A stretch of 13,720 nucleotides of DNA from a bacterium (GTDB lineage Bacteria; Muiribacteriota; UBA6191): NCBI GenBank assembly GCA_036339875.1, contig JAYZAC010000080.1, positions 1 to 13,720 of the forward strand. The letters are read 5' to 3'. The notes below the pieces were generated by a model. That model was not told the DNA's origin. It made no database searches and saw nothing but the letters and a program-made list of their open reading frames with translations. Position 1 is the stretch's first letter, and every line of letters begins with the position of its first letter. A program made the translations under genes and the position numbers. This document shows, one piece after another, positions 1 to 8,023 of the stretch.

Positions 1-239
1 ACTTTTAGTTTGAGACACAACGCTTTTAGCTGTATTACTTTCCCACTGCCTATCATGGTTCTAGCAGTTGGGACATCCTTATGTTGTATTAGTTCCTCGG
101 CAACATCGTAACCTAAAGTGTCTAGTAATCTAGATAATTCTGATAAAGAGGCTTGAACCGCAGTAAGCGATTCCTCTTTAGTAACCATTGAAAAAGTGAT
201 CGCTTTGGGTCTATCGAAATTCTGACTTTTGTCACCCAT
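1..239 (-). CDS. hflX: GTPase HflX, N-terminal part (runs off the left edge)
   Basis: Not in the ORF track. Manual translation from ATG at 239-237 gives MGDKSQNFDRPKAITFSMVTKEESLTAVQASLSELSRLLDTLGYDVAEELIQHKDVPTARTMIGSGKVIQLKALCLKLK, open to the edge. The pattern SLxELxxLxxTxG...Q......T.IGSGKV is the HflX N-terminal domain signature. Starts 27 nt after the stop of the upstream barrel gene. Confidence 0.88.
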   Translation of the reverse strand, partial: MGDKSQNFDRPKAITFSMVTKEESLTAVQASLSELSRLLDTLGYDVAEELIQHKDVPTARTMIGSGKVIQLKALCLKLK

Positions 240-266
240 ATGTGATCATTATACTTCAAAAATGAC

Positions 267-1388
267 TTAGAAATGATAATTGAGTGATAATCTAGGGCCA
301 CTAAAACTAAGATCTTGAAAATTACTACGCCCAAAACCCTGAATTTCATAAAAGTTCCAGTGTGAATAGGCGTATCCCAAATTTATGCGAGTAGAGTGAT
401 CCCAGAAGAAGTTAATATCAGCTACAATTTCTGTGATGGGAAAGGTACTGGATCTTTCCTCGTTTGTAGTTTCGTTAATAATTGTTTGTCCATTATCATT
501 CTGATTGAGACGACTAAGACGGGCAGTTCCTCTACTAGGTAACAGGATTTGTTTTGCTGAAATTGCAAAATACACACTACGCGTTATTGGAGTTTGTGCT
601 TGAAAACCAATAAAAGGACCAATTCCTATATTTCGAAAATGATAATCACGAATTGCAGTGGCTAAATTATTGTTGTTAATTACTGGACTCAAGGTGTTCC
701 CATCGTATCTCACCTTTACTCCAAAATCACTTAATCGAATTCCCCCCAACGCAGTTATACTATAGCGAGAATTAGCTGTCCATAAGCGGCTGAATGTAAG
801 GTCTAAGTTATACATATTATTATTTTGTGTCCCAACAAAAGTATTGACTTGCTCACCATCAGGCATGGTCAGGCGAGGAGGATTACCTATTGCAGTTGCG
901 CTAATATTGGCATCGCTTGTTCGATATGATAAACCCATGTGAATATTATAATTTTCTAATCGAAAAAATCGCTTACTGAATGTAAATGATTCTCCTCGCG
1001 TATTAAATCGAGCATCCACATCGATAAAATTTCCAGGTGCAGTTTGAGCTAGTAGATTACTCTGGTCGAGACCATGAACTCTATCTAAGCCTACAGCATA
1101 GTGAAAATTACCTAAGAAACCATGTGCCATGCCCCCAAGGTCTGCTGAGGCTAATTTTTCCTTACCAGAATTTGCTTTACGGTTTCCTCTATATGCAACT
1201 TCGGTATATTTTAATTGATTGAATTTGCCATCGTAAGTTTCAAGCCAATCTCTATATTGGGGGTTACGAAAATTGTCAGTCCAAATAGTTCTGACAAAGC
1301 TTAGAAGAAAGAAGAATACCCAGAACTTTAAAAAACTGCGTATCTCGATACTTTTCAAGTTAAGCTTTATGCGATCCATTTTCGACAA
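267..1388 (-). CDS. Outer-membrane beta-barrel protein (Lpg1974/BBP7-like porin)
   Basis: 373 aa. N-terminal hydrophobic stretch (FLKFWVFFFLLSFV), many alternating amphipathic strands (YNLDLTFS, ITALGGIRL, GIGPFIGFQAQ, RINLGYAYSHW), and a C-terminal BAM-type signal ending in Phe (LSFSGPRLSLNYHF). The true start may be downstream (e.g. TTG at 1358). The family assignment is tentative. Confidence 0.7.
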   Translation of the reverse strand: MSKMDRIKLNLKSIEIRSFLKFWVFFFLLSFVRTIWTDNFRNPQYRDWLETYDGKFNQLKYTEVAYRGNRKANSGKEKLASADLGGMAHGFLGNFHYAVGLDRVHGLDQSNLLAQTAPGNFIDVDARFNTRGESFTFSKRFFRLENYNIHMGLSYRTSDANISATAIGNPPRLTMPDGEQVNTFVGTQNNNMYNLDLTFSRLWTANSRYSITALGGIRLSDFGVKVRYDGNTLSPVINNNNLATAIRDYHFRNIGIGPFIGFQAQTPITRSVYFAISAKQILLPSRGTARLSRLNQNDNGQTIINETTNEERSSTFPITEIVADINFFWDHSTRINLGYAYSHWNFYEIQGFGRSNFQDLSFSGPRLSLNYHF

Positions 1389-1744
1389 ATCCAGCCCCCT
1401 AATATTGCTAGTCCCAATGTAATAAGGACATTGAGTAAAATGTTGGTAGCCATAAGTAGGCTACTTTTTTGCATGAGTTTGAGGTTATCGATTGCAAAAG
1501 TAGAAAAGGTTGTTAATGAACCGAGAAAACCGATAGATGCAAAAAACATAAGACTTTCATCAAGGTCCTTATTCTGAGTGTAGACGTATAACATTCCTGC
1601 AAGTAACGATCCGAGCCCGTTACAAATAAGTATGTCGAAAGGAAATTTTTGACTCCAAATAAATCGTTTCGAACTGAGAATGATAAGAGCGCGTAGATTG
1701 GCTCCTAGAACAGCACCACTGGCGATTGCTAGAATCGTTTTCAT
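1367..1744 (-). CDS. crcB: Fluoride efflux channel CrcB/FluC
   Basis: 125 aa with four hydrophobic segments. Motifs GAVLGANLR, ICNGLGSLLAG and the signature GFLGSLTTFSTF. ATGA overlap with the upstream TPR gene at 1741-1744. Confidence 0.95.
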   Translation of the reverse strand: MKTILAIASGAVLGANLRALIILSSKRFIWSQKFPFDILICNGLGSLLAGMLYVYTQNKDLDESLMFFASIGFLGSLTTFSTFAIDNLKLMQKSSLLMATNILLNVLITLGLAILGGWICRKWIA

Positions 1745-2502
1745 GGAAGTAGTTCCCTCAAAAGATTTAGGCCGCCAAGTTGAGCATTTCCTGTAAAATA
1801 ATCCATATTTTCGTTGACTAACTTAAGAATTCCTGTGAGTTTTACTGGTTCGGTAGCAGCATCGATTGCTTTCTTGAAGTAAAGGTGAGCTAAAATTTCA
1901 TCGCCTTGCTCCGCAAAAATACATGCTAAATTATTGAAGGCTTTTGCGGATGGAGTAGTCCTAACTGCCTTTATGTAGTGCCGAATTGCGTTTTCTTGAT
2001 ATTCCTCATTTCTTGGATATAGCTGAAAAAGTTCATAGTAGGCATATGCAAGGTTAAAATTCAGTAAATACATATTTGAACGTAATTCAAGGCCTTGTTT
2101 GTAATACAGAACAGCTTTATGAAATTCTTGTTGAACTAATGCGTCATCTCCTTTTTCCAAATATGTGACTACTTCTTCTCTGTAGGAATAAGTGTCTTTA
2201 TCTCTATACCAATCGAAATAATAACTGAGACGTTGCTTAGAAGGAGCTTCTAGTTCACTACCAGGATATGTATTAATAAGTTCTTGGTAATAGAGCATGG
2301 CCATCGTATAGTCTTGCATTGTTTCAAGTAGTTGAGCCATGTCAAAAAGTAATTGATCAGTTGGTTGTTTTTTCTGAAGTTCGAGCATTTTCATAAATGC
2401 TTGCTGATAGTTTCCACTAGCCTTGAGTGTTTTAATTTCATCCGTTGAAACTGCAGAGATTACTGAAACCAAGACAAAGTAAATAAGGAAAAAATGACTC
2501 AA
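1741..2502 (-). CDS. Exported tetratricopeptide-repeat protein
   Basis: TPR-like helices (LLFDMAQLLETMQDYTMAMLYYQELINTYPGS; AFNNLACIFAEQGDEILAHLYFKKAI). The track start at 2589 overlaps the upstream gene by 91 nt. An in-frame TTG at 2502-2500 overlaps the upstream TGA (TTGA coupling) and gives a signal-peptide-like N-terminus (MSHFFLIYFVLVSVISAVS), so 2502 is preferred. Confidence 0.8.
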   Translation of the reverse strand: MSHFFLIYFVLVSVISAVSTDEIKTLKASGNYQQAFMKMLELQKKQPTDQLLFDMAQLLETMQDYTMAMLYYQELINTYPGSELEAPSKQRLSYYFDWYRDKDTYSYREEVVTYLEKGDDALVQQEFHKAVLYYKQGLELRSNMYLLNFNLAYAYYELFQLYPRNEEYQENAIRHYIKAVRTTPSAKAFNNLACIFAEQGDEILAHLYFKKAIDAATEPVKLTGILKLVNENMDYFTGNAQLGGLNLLRELLP

Positions 2503-3941
2503 TTCTTTAATAATTGAGACAATACTTGAGATTCCTTTTGTTTCAAAGCATCTGATGAAGGTAGTTTCACTCGGGAGTTTTTTAGCCACTCCATAGCCTC
2601 CTGAAATTTCGACTGTTGTATCAGGATATCGGCGCCAAGTAAGTGTAAATACAGATAAAAAGGATCAATTTCTAAGTGTTTTTGTATGCTTTTTAGGCAT
2701 TCGTCCCATTTTTTCAGTTTGTAAAGATACATTATATTAGTAATTTGGATAGCGGGATTTGAAAATTTGAGCTGATTAGTTGGTGCCACCGTAGATGATT
2801 TAGGGAGTATGTTTAGATGGTAACGACTGCACATGATTAGCTGAATAATCAAAAACATACACCATATGGTGTGTAGCAATGGCCAATAATACGTGCTTTT
2901 AGCTTTAAATTCTATTCTATGACGAGCACCTAATGCCTGACCCATTAAGAAGAAAAATAATATTCCAGTGGGGAGAGCTAAAAAATCAGATGTGAATTGG
3001 GTTTGGATTAGGAAAAGTATAAGAGGAAAATATAGTGCAGAATTCAATACTAGACTAAGTACAACAATGTAGATTATAAATCTAAGCGATAATCCTGCGG
3101 CTCCTAAAGCATGGTAGTGAAACAAAAGATCATTTTGAGGATGGAATTCCAGTCTGGGTTGAGATTGTTTAAGCATTTCAATACTCATTTGTTTGGTATT
3201 GAGTACCTGAGCTGCCGCTGGACCTTTTCCTAAAATATTCCAAGATTGAAAATTGTTTTGCCATATTGAAACTTGCTTTTCAAAAGCCTTTATATAGTTT
3301 TCTTTGGGCTGTGCAATGAGTATTAATGCGCTAATTACAGGAACAAGAATAAATAATCTTCTCAGCTTTAAGTGTCTCTCAGGAACTAGTAGATAAGTAA
3401 ATCCAAAGCTGTAGATTATGATACCGAGTATGGAGCCAGAAAAATAAACTGTAATCGCACAAATTAAAGCGTAGCTCAGCCGAATTCTCCATGACCTTTC
3501 TCTGATTGGCTGACAAAAAAGACAGAGTAGTGCGCATATCGATGTATTACTGCCGAATAAGCTTAAACTTAAATTATTCGAAAACCCTGAAGTATCGAGT
3601 AAAGCTACCGCGAAAGCTGTCAGTCCGCATCCCAAGGCAATAAAATCTAATTTCTTATCTGATTTACGGAACCCCAACCACAGCGCTACTACGCTAAATA
3701 GCCAAATCATAATAATTTCACGATTATACGGGTGAACAGCTTCTAGAATCGCCCAAAAAAATAGAAGGCTGATACTTACAGCTCGAGCATATTTTTGTGG
3801 AAGCTCGCGGAGTGCAAAAAAAAGTAATACAGGTAACAATAATAATTTTGCAAGACTTGGGTCTTGGATGGGTAACCATCCACAGACAACTAGGAGTAAA
3901 AAAATGTCGAGAATATTTTTATTGAAAAAAGTCTGTATCAT
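2499..3941 (-). CDS. Polytopic membrane protein, O-antigen ligase (Wzy_C/WaaL)-like, with a C-terminal TPR-like segment
   Basis: 480 aa with about a dozen hydrophobic segments. A periplasmic loop reads IW...ILGKGP...HPQNDLL...LGAAGL, matching the W...GxG...HxHN...GxxG layout of Wzy_C, and there is an SLFGSN motif. The C-terminal helix pairs (KWDECLKSIQKHLEIDPFY...FQEAMEWL) are TPR-like. Confidence 0.65.
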   Translation of the reverse strand: MIQTFFNKNILDIFLLLVVCGWLPIQDPSLAKLLLLPVLLFFALRELPQKYARAVSISLLFFWAILEAVHPYNREIIMIWLFSVVALWLGFRKSDKKLDFIALGCGLTAFAVALLDTSGFSNNLSLSLFGSNTSICALLCLFCQPIRERSWRIRLSYALICAITVYFSGSILGIIIYSFGFTYLLVPERHLKLRRLFILVPVISALILIAQPKENYIKAFEKQVSIWQNNFQSWNILGKGPAAAQVLNTKQMSIEMLKQSQPRLEFHPQNDLLFHYHALGAAGLSLRFIIYIVVLSLVLNSALYFPLILFLIQTQFTSDFLALPTGILFFFLMGQALGARHRIEFKAKSTYYWPLLHTIWCMFLIIQLIMCSRYHLNILPKSSTVAPTNQLKFSNPAIQITNIMYLYKLKKWDECLKSIQKHLEIDPFYLYLHLLGADILIQQSKFQEAMEWLKNSRVKLPSSDALKQKESQVLSQLLKN

Positions 3942-3995
3942 GACGTTGATTGCATATGAGATTCATTATAGCTAAAATCACTGCTTTTTGAGCCA

Positions 3996-5981
3996 ATGAT
4001 ATTTTTTTCTATATTATTTACCATTTTAGTAATTTCATATTTTTGGATGCTCTTGCGGCTTCAAGGAAGCTGGAGGGACCGACTGTTCGTAATATTAATA
4101 CGTACATTGGTTATATTTTGTGCAGCTTTACTCTTATTTTCACCTCGCTTTGAAAGTGTTCATAAAGAATGGAAGGATCCTGTTTTTTTGGTTCTTGAAG
4201 ATGATTCAGCATCGGTTCGCTTAAACTCAGAGTCAAAAACTGATAAAGATTTACTAGGTCGTGAGTTATCGTCTACAGGTAGGGTCCTTTTCAAACGGTT
4301 CAGTGATTCGAATAGCTCAGACCCTTATTCAATTAATACGAATTTGAGAGATGCATCCAAGATAAAAGAGCTTCGAGGCATATTTCTTCTTAGTGATGGA
4401 CAAGAAATAAGTAAAAAAGAAGTGAATAATTTTTCGATTCCTATTTTTCCAATTCCTCAAGGGTTTTCCAAAACTAAGGACCATTGGGTAAAGTTAGATC
4501 AAGTTCCCCAAAAAATACATCTCGGTCAAAAAATTATAATGAAGGGTCTTGTAGGTCGTTCAGTCGATGTTGCTAGCATGCGGTCGAAGACAGTGAAACT
4601 AAGGTTTAGTATGGATAACCTTGGAATCGCAGAAAAAATTGTAAAATTTGACACAAATGAACGTGAAGCAGAGTTTGAACAAGAAATATATTTCGACAAA
4701 GCGGGCGATATACTTTTCAGTGTAGATCTGGAAGTTAGTGACGAGGATGCCATTAGAGTAAATAATCGATCACAATTTAGGATTCAAGTTCATAATGAAC
4801 GACGAAAAGTTGTCTTAATATCTAACGAAATAGGACTAGACAAAGCGTTTTACACAAGGATTTTGAGACGAAACCCTGCCTTAGATGTAAAGACATTGTA
4901 TACGCGTGCTAAATATCCAGATTCAAGGCGTGATCCTTGTGCTCAGTTGCACAACACTGAGCTCTTCATTCTGCATACTCTTGATGATAAGTTTTTTTCT
5001 GAGTGTATCGAGTCGAAATACTTGGACATACCAAGAATTCATCTAGTTGACCTGAATAACGTTAATGTATTTGGCGATCAAATAAGTGATTTTATAGATA
5101 TTAAAAAAATTAGGAAATCTTCTATCAAGCAAGCGGATTGGAGTTATCGATTAGATTCTATAAACTTTCCAGCACTAAAGCTTTATGAACATGAAGCTTT
5201 TGAAAGAACTTTGTTATCAAGTCTACCTGAGATTGAGGTTCCTGCGATTAGATTTCATACAAAGGCCGGTATCATATCACCCTTTTTCCTAAAATCAGCT
5301 GAAGAAAAATTTCCCCTGTTATTAGTTGAGGAGGGTAGTAGTCCGGTAAGGGCTTTATTTACGTCTACAGAACTTCACAGAACTAGCTTTGCCCCTTGGG
5401 CTCGTGATGAGCAAAAGAAATTTATGATAAGCCTATTTCAGCGTCTAGTTAATTGGATGATGGATTATGAAAAAGTTCGAGGATTGAATGTTTTTATTCC
5501 GAAGACTTCTTTTTCAGAGGGAGAAATGTTTTTAATGGAGTTAGATGGTGATTCGAGTATTCGGTGGAATATTAAAAATGCAGATTCGCCCCCACAAATT
5601 TTACATAGTGGGACCTCTCCAGTTCGATTTAAACAAATTCTTCCGGTTGGGAGTTATTACCTTACAATCGATAGATCTGGGACTGAAATATTGAAACGCT
5701 ATATTCATGTTGATTTTGATCATCGGGAGTTCAAAAGCTTAGGTGTTAATAATGAAAAACTTCGAAATTTGGCCAGTTTATCGAATGGTAAATGGTTAGA
5801 ACGCGATGATAACGTAAATGTCCAAACTGTATTGGATGAACTCCCTGGTAATTTACTTCAGAAGAAACTAAAATTAAAGCGTAGCCAAGTAGATCTACAG
5901 AAGAATACTTATCTAGCCCTTTTCATGATGTTATTGTTGAGTTTAGAATGGGTATATCGCTTAATGCGCAAGATGGTGTAA
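3996..5981 (+). CDS. Membrane-anchored vWA-domain protein with an Ig-like domain
   Basis: 661 aa. Two N-terminal TM helices, MIDAS-like VLEDDSAS and LLSDGQE, a beta-rich region ending DAIRVNN, and a C-terminal LRNLASLSNG...TM-LEWVYR tail typical of this conserved hypothetical vWA membrane family. Confidence 0.75.
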   Translation: MIFFSILFTILVISYFWMLLRLQGSWRDRLFVILIRTLVIFCAALLLFSPRFESVHKEWKDPVFLVLEDDSASVRLNSESKTDKDLLGRELSSTGRVLFKRFSDSNSSDPYSINTNLRDASKIKELRGIFLLSDGQEISKKEVNNFSIPIFPIPQGFSKTKDHWVKLDQVPQKIHLGQKIIMKGLVGRSVDVASMRSKTVKLRFSMDNLGIAEKIVKFDTNEREAEFEQEIYFDKAGDILFSVDLEVSDEDAIRVNNRSQFRIQVHNERRKVVLISNEIGLDKAFYTRILRRNPALDVKTLYTRAKYPDSRRDPCAQLHNTELFILHTLDDKFFSECIESKYLDIPRIHLVDLNNVNVFGDQISDFIDIKKIRKSSIKQADWSYRLDSINFPALKLYEHEAFERTLLSSLPEIEVPAIRFHTKAGIISPFFLKSAEEKFPLLLVEEGSSPVRALFTSTELHRTSFAPWARDEQKKFMISLFQRLVNWMMDYEKVRGLNVFIPKTSFSEGEMFLMELDGDSSIRWNIKNADSPPQILHSGTSPVRFKQILPVGSYYLTIDRSGTEILKRYIHVDFDHREFKSLGVNNEKLRNLASLSNGKWLERDDNVNVQTVLDELPGNLLQKKLKLKRSQVDLQKNTYLALFMMLLLSLEWVYRLMRKMV

Positions 5982-5999
5982 AACACATTTGGAGTTTTA

Positions 6000-7724
6000 A
6001 TGGCTACAGGCTATCGTCAAGAGAAACAATTACTTGGACTTTCTTTAATAGAAGCAGGTTTATTAACTAGGGATCAATTAGACATAGCACTTAAAATCCA
6101 TCGTAGAACAGGAAACACTTTAGGCTGCACCCTAATAAAAGAATCTTATCTAAGCGAAGGGCAGCTTCTTAACTTTCTTCAAACTAAATTGGGATTTCCT
6201 CACGCCATCCTTGGTAACTATGTCGTGGATGATAATGCAATTCGTACGGTTCCAGAGAGTATCGCTCGAAAATATGAGATATTCCCGTTAATTAAGGTGA
6301 AAAACTCTCTCACTGTAGCAATGGTAGATCCGTTAGATTCCTTTATACAGGAGAATCTAACCCACACAACAGGTTGTGAAATCAAACCGCTTGTTTCCAC
6401 AAGAGCTGAAATTCTTGAGGCTTTAGATAAATATTACGCTAAGAAGGTAAAGGTTGAAAAAGCTGATGATTTATCTGCATTAAAGACATTGGCTAACAAT
6501 ATGCGAGGTGTAAAGCAAGCTGCTAATGTCCATACAATTAAAGATGAGGATATGAATAAAGCCAACATTATTGAGTTGGTAGATCGCCTCATATTGGATG
6601 CAGCAAAATCCAAAGCATCTGATATTCATATTGAGCCTACGGACCACAATGTAAAAGTTCGATTTCGGCGTGATGGGATTCTAGAAGAAGTTATGTCTCT
6701 AACAAGGGAATGGTCTTCGCTGCTTATTTCTAGAGTGAAGGTTATGGCAGAACTAGATATTGCTGAGAAGCGTAAGCCTCATGATGGTCGTGCTAGAGTG
6801 TCACTGGAGGGTCGTGAAGTAGATTTGAGGGTCTCTACATATCCTTGCGTTACTGGTGAAAAAGCTGTACTTCGGATTTTAGACAAATCTAACGTAGTGC
6901 TCAGTATGAATGAACTTGGTTTCAACGATTACGTTTTGAAGCATTTCGCTTCAATGATCAAAGCTCCTAATGGAATAATTTTAGTAACAGGACCAACTGG
7001 TTCCGGAAAAACTTCGACGCTTTATGCTGGCCTAAAAGAGATTAACTCTATTGAGAAAAATGTTATTACTATCGAGGATCCGGTAGAGTATAGATTAAGT
7101 AACGTAAATCAAGGTCAAGTAAATGTTAAGGCTGGTTTCACATTCGCTTCTGGTTTAAGATCTATGTTACGGCAAGACCCTGATGTGATTATGGTAGGTG
7201 AGATTCGTGATCTTGAAACAGCTGAAATTTCTATTAGAGCTTCCCTCACAGGTCACTTAGTATTGTCGACTTTACACACAAATGATGCATCAGGGTCGTT
7301 GAATCGCTTAATTGATATGGGAGTCGAGCCGTTTTTAGTAGCTTCGGCAATACTAGGAGCGATGGCTCAAAGGCTTGTACGGGTTATTTGCCCTGAATGT
7401 AAAGCCCCTGTAAAGGTATCAGATCGCTTATTTGCTGAGTTAGGTCTATCAAGAGAGAAAGCCGGTAAAGTGCAGTTTTATAGAGGTAGAGGTTGCAAAA
7501 GATGCAAAGGATCAGGTTATTTTGGTCGAACTTGTATTACGGAGCTCTTAGTAAACAGTGAGCCGATCCGCGAATTAATTGTAAACAAGTCAGCAACTTC
7601 GGCAATAAAAACGAAGGGACAGTCACTTGGTATGCGCACTTTAAGAGAGGATGGGATCTCAAAAGCTATGCGAGGTATTACGTCTTTGCAAGAAGTTCTC
7701 AGAGTAACATCTCGCGATGAATAA
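6000..7724 (+). CDS. Type IV pilus assembly / type II secretion ATPase (PilB/GspE family) with an N-terminal MshEN-like domain
   Basis: ASDIHIEP, Walker A GPTGSGKT, Asp box TIEDPVE, Walker B RQDPDVIMVGEIRD, His box GHLVLSTLHTN, tetracysteine CPEC...GCKRC. I cannot separate pilB from gspE on sequence alone. Confidence 0.95.
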   Translation: MATGYRQEKQLLGLSLIEAGLLTRDQLDIALKIHRRTGNTLGCTLIKESYLSEGQLLNFLQTKLGFPHAILGNYVVDDNAIRTVPESIARKYEIFPLIKVKNSLTVAMVDPLDSFIQENLTHTTGCEIKPLVSTRAEILEALDKYYAKKVKVEKADDLSALKTLANNMRGVKQAANVHTIKDEDMNKANIIELVDRLILDAAKSKASDIHIEPTDHNVKVRFRRDGILEEVMSLTREWSSLLISRVKVMAELDIAEKRKPHDGRARVSLEGREVDLRVSTYPCVTGEKAVLRILDKSNVVLSMNELGFNDYVLKHFASMIKAPNGIILVTGPTGSGKTSTLYAGLKEINSIEKNVITIEDPVEYRLSNVNQGQVNVKAGFTFASGLRSMLRQDPDVIMVGEIRDLETAEISIRASLTGHLVLSTLHTNDASGSLNRLIDMGVEPFLVASAILGAMAQRLVRVICPECKAPVKVSDRLFAELGLSREKAGKVQFYRGRGCKRCKGSGYFGRTCITELLVNSEPIRELIVNKSATSAIKTKGQSLGMRTLREDGISKAMRGITSLQEVLRVTSRDE

Positions 7725-7735
7725 AGGTGGTATGG

Positions 7736-7900
7736 ATGGTGGATAAAAAACCTAATCCTAGAGTCTTTAAAATGTGGACATGTCCTACATGTGCACATGT
7801 TTTTAACGCTTGGGCGCAGCCGTCCGATGAAAAACGTAGTTATCTCATATGTCCAAATTGTTACAATCATGTGCCGGTATCTCGTAAAAAAATGATCTAA
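7736..7900 (+). CDS. 54-aa zinc-ribbon microprotein (CPTC-x19-CPNC)
   Basis: Not in the ORF track. Translation: MVDKKPNPRVFKMWTCPTCAHVFNAWAQPSDEKRSYLICPNCYNHVPVSRKKMI*. SD-like AAGGTGG at 7724-7730, ATG 11 nt after the ATPase stop, and two CPxC knuckles. Confidence 0.8.
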   Translation: MVDKKPNPRVFKMWTCPTCAHVFNAWAQPSDEKRSYLICPNCYNHVPVSRKKMI

Positions 7901-7931
7901 TTTATCTACTAAACGAAACAGAGATTATGAA

Positions 7932-7953
7932 TTGATTGGTCTGACTTAATCAA
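7932..7953. promoter_or_regulatory. Inverted repeat (operator or weak terminator hairpin)
   Basis: TTGATT(7932-7937)-G-GTC-T-GAC-TT-AATCAA(7948-7953), between the microprotein stop and the structured leader. Confidence 0.35.
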
Positions 7954-8023
7954 AAAATGCCGTTTAATGGACAATTATGTATACCCTCGTTGAAAACTAG
8001 AATATAGACTTAAAAGTCTTCTT

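Noticed and set aside
122..349. 75-aa minus-strand ORF
   Set aside because: Out-of-frame overlap with both hflX and the barrel gene, and no motif.
2503..2589. N-terminal extension of the TPR ORF as given in the track
   Set aside because: It overlaps the upstream gene by 91 nt and buries the signal peptide. The TTG at 2502 fits better.
7517..7870. 117-aa minus-strand ORF containing CTCRTCPH
   Set aside because: Antisense to the ATPase 3' end and to the zinc-ribbon ORF. Its cysteines arise from the near-palindromic ACATGT words of the plus-strand gene.
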